Virus record (IMG/VR): IMGVR_UViG_2740892230_000002
Direction: 5' to 3' (one strand)
Length of the DNA stretch: 6,541 bases
Source: a virus
Taxonomy: Duplodnaviria; Heunggongvirae; Uroviricota; Caudoviricetes
Both the position numbers and the translations under genes were made by a program. Below the pieces are notes generated by a model. It was given only the letters and a program-made list of their open reading frames with translations, was not told where the DNA came from and searched no databases. Positions 6,163 through 6,541 of the stretch are shown piece by piece (within the stretch, counting starts at the first letter, position 1; every line of letters starts with the position of its first letter).

Positions 6163-6335
6163 GTGGGGATATTCCCCGTGGAGAAATGATATGTAACACA
6201 CATCGGGAACCTTTCTATATAAACATTATCATTATTGTCAATCATAACAGTCAGGTATTATGACGTTTATGCATCAGGGCCATCAGGAATTAACTGGTGG
6301 CTTTTTATTGTTGTCAGCTTCCGGATAACGGGAGA

Positions 6336-6345
6336 NNNNNNNNNN
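6336..6345. other. Scaffold gap (10 N)
   Basis: Run of 10 n; the sequence to its right is a variant copy of 5871-6043. Confidence 0.95.
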
Positions 6346-6516
6346 GTGTTATTCCTTTTATCATTTTCCTTGTGAGTTCTGGCTGCGCATTGCGCAGCTT
6401 TTTTTTATGACCTGCCACTGGCAGATGGTCATCCTGTGATTTGATTCCGGTTCCGGCTTTTTAACTCTGTTCCTGTACACGGGAGAAATTCGATGTCGAT
6501 TAAACATTATGATGTT
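6346..6516 (+). repeat. Near-duplicate (variant allele) of 5871-6043: terminator, palindrome, RBS and gene start
   Basis: Aligns to 5871-6043 with several SNPs and a 1-nt indel; the two copies diverge about 8 codons into the downstream ORF. Confidence 0.75.
6382..6406 (+). terminator. Rho-independent terminator (second-copy variant)
   Basis: GCTGCGCA-t-TGCGCAGC perfect inverted repeat followed by T8 (6399-6406). Confidence 0.7.
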
Positions 6517-6541
6517 GTCAGGGCGGCGTCGCCGTCAGACC
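6493..6541 (+). CDS. 5' end of an unidentified gene running off the right window edge
   Basis: GGGAG (6481-6485), 7 nt, ATG 6493; reading MSIKHYDVVRAASPSD... with no stop to the window end. The sequence becomes GC-rich. Product not recognised. Confidence 0.35.
   Translation, partial: MSIKHYDVVRAASPSD

Noticed and set aside
5604-6245. Minus-strand ORFs 5604-5810 (ending HHHHH), 5801-6199 and 6027-6245
   Set aside because: They traverse terminator hairpins and palindromes; the poly-His tail is just the reverse complement of a GTGATG repeat; 5801-6199 crosses the point where the two alleles differ by an indel.
1-6541. tRNA genes or CRISPR arrays, which are common after Q in some lambdoid prophages
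   Set aside because: No T-loop-like GGTTCGAATCC/GGTTCAAATCC motif or cloverleaf-sized structured block found on either strand, and no regularly spaced direct repeats; the only repeats are the gap-flanking allelic duplicates.

Overview
This window is a lambda-like (enterobacterial) prophage segment on a draft scaffold. It covers part of the nin region (a ninE-position ORF, ninF, an inserted Rha/KilAC antirepressor–ybcO–rusA module, ninG, ninI phosphatase), the late antiterminator Q and a pR'/qut-like late promoter. Six 10-N gaps are each flanked by short near-identical segments, so the scaffold looks like a collapse of several related prophages; rusA, ninG and Q are interrupted by these gaps, not by biology. 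The most interesting region lies directly downstream of pR'/qut: an AT-rich cargo segment (about 4560-5900) encoding an unrecognised, aromatic- and glycine-rich five-helix membrane protein with a small soluble C-terminal domain, followed by a possible 36-aa hydrophobic ORF and a strong intrinsic terminator. Downstream is a structured, apparently non-coding region with a conserved palindrome and tandem hairpins. All protein identifications rest on recognition from memory and reading the frames; no database search was run.
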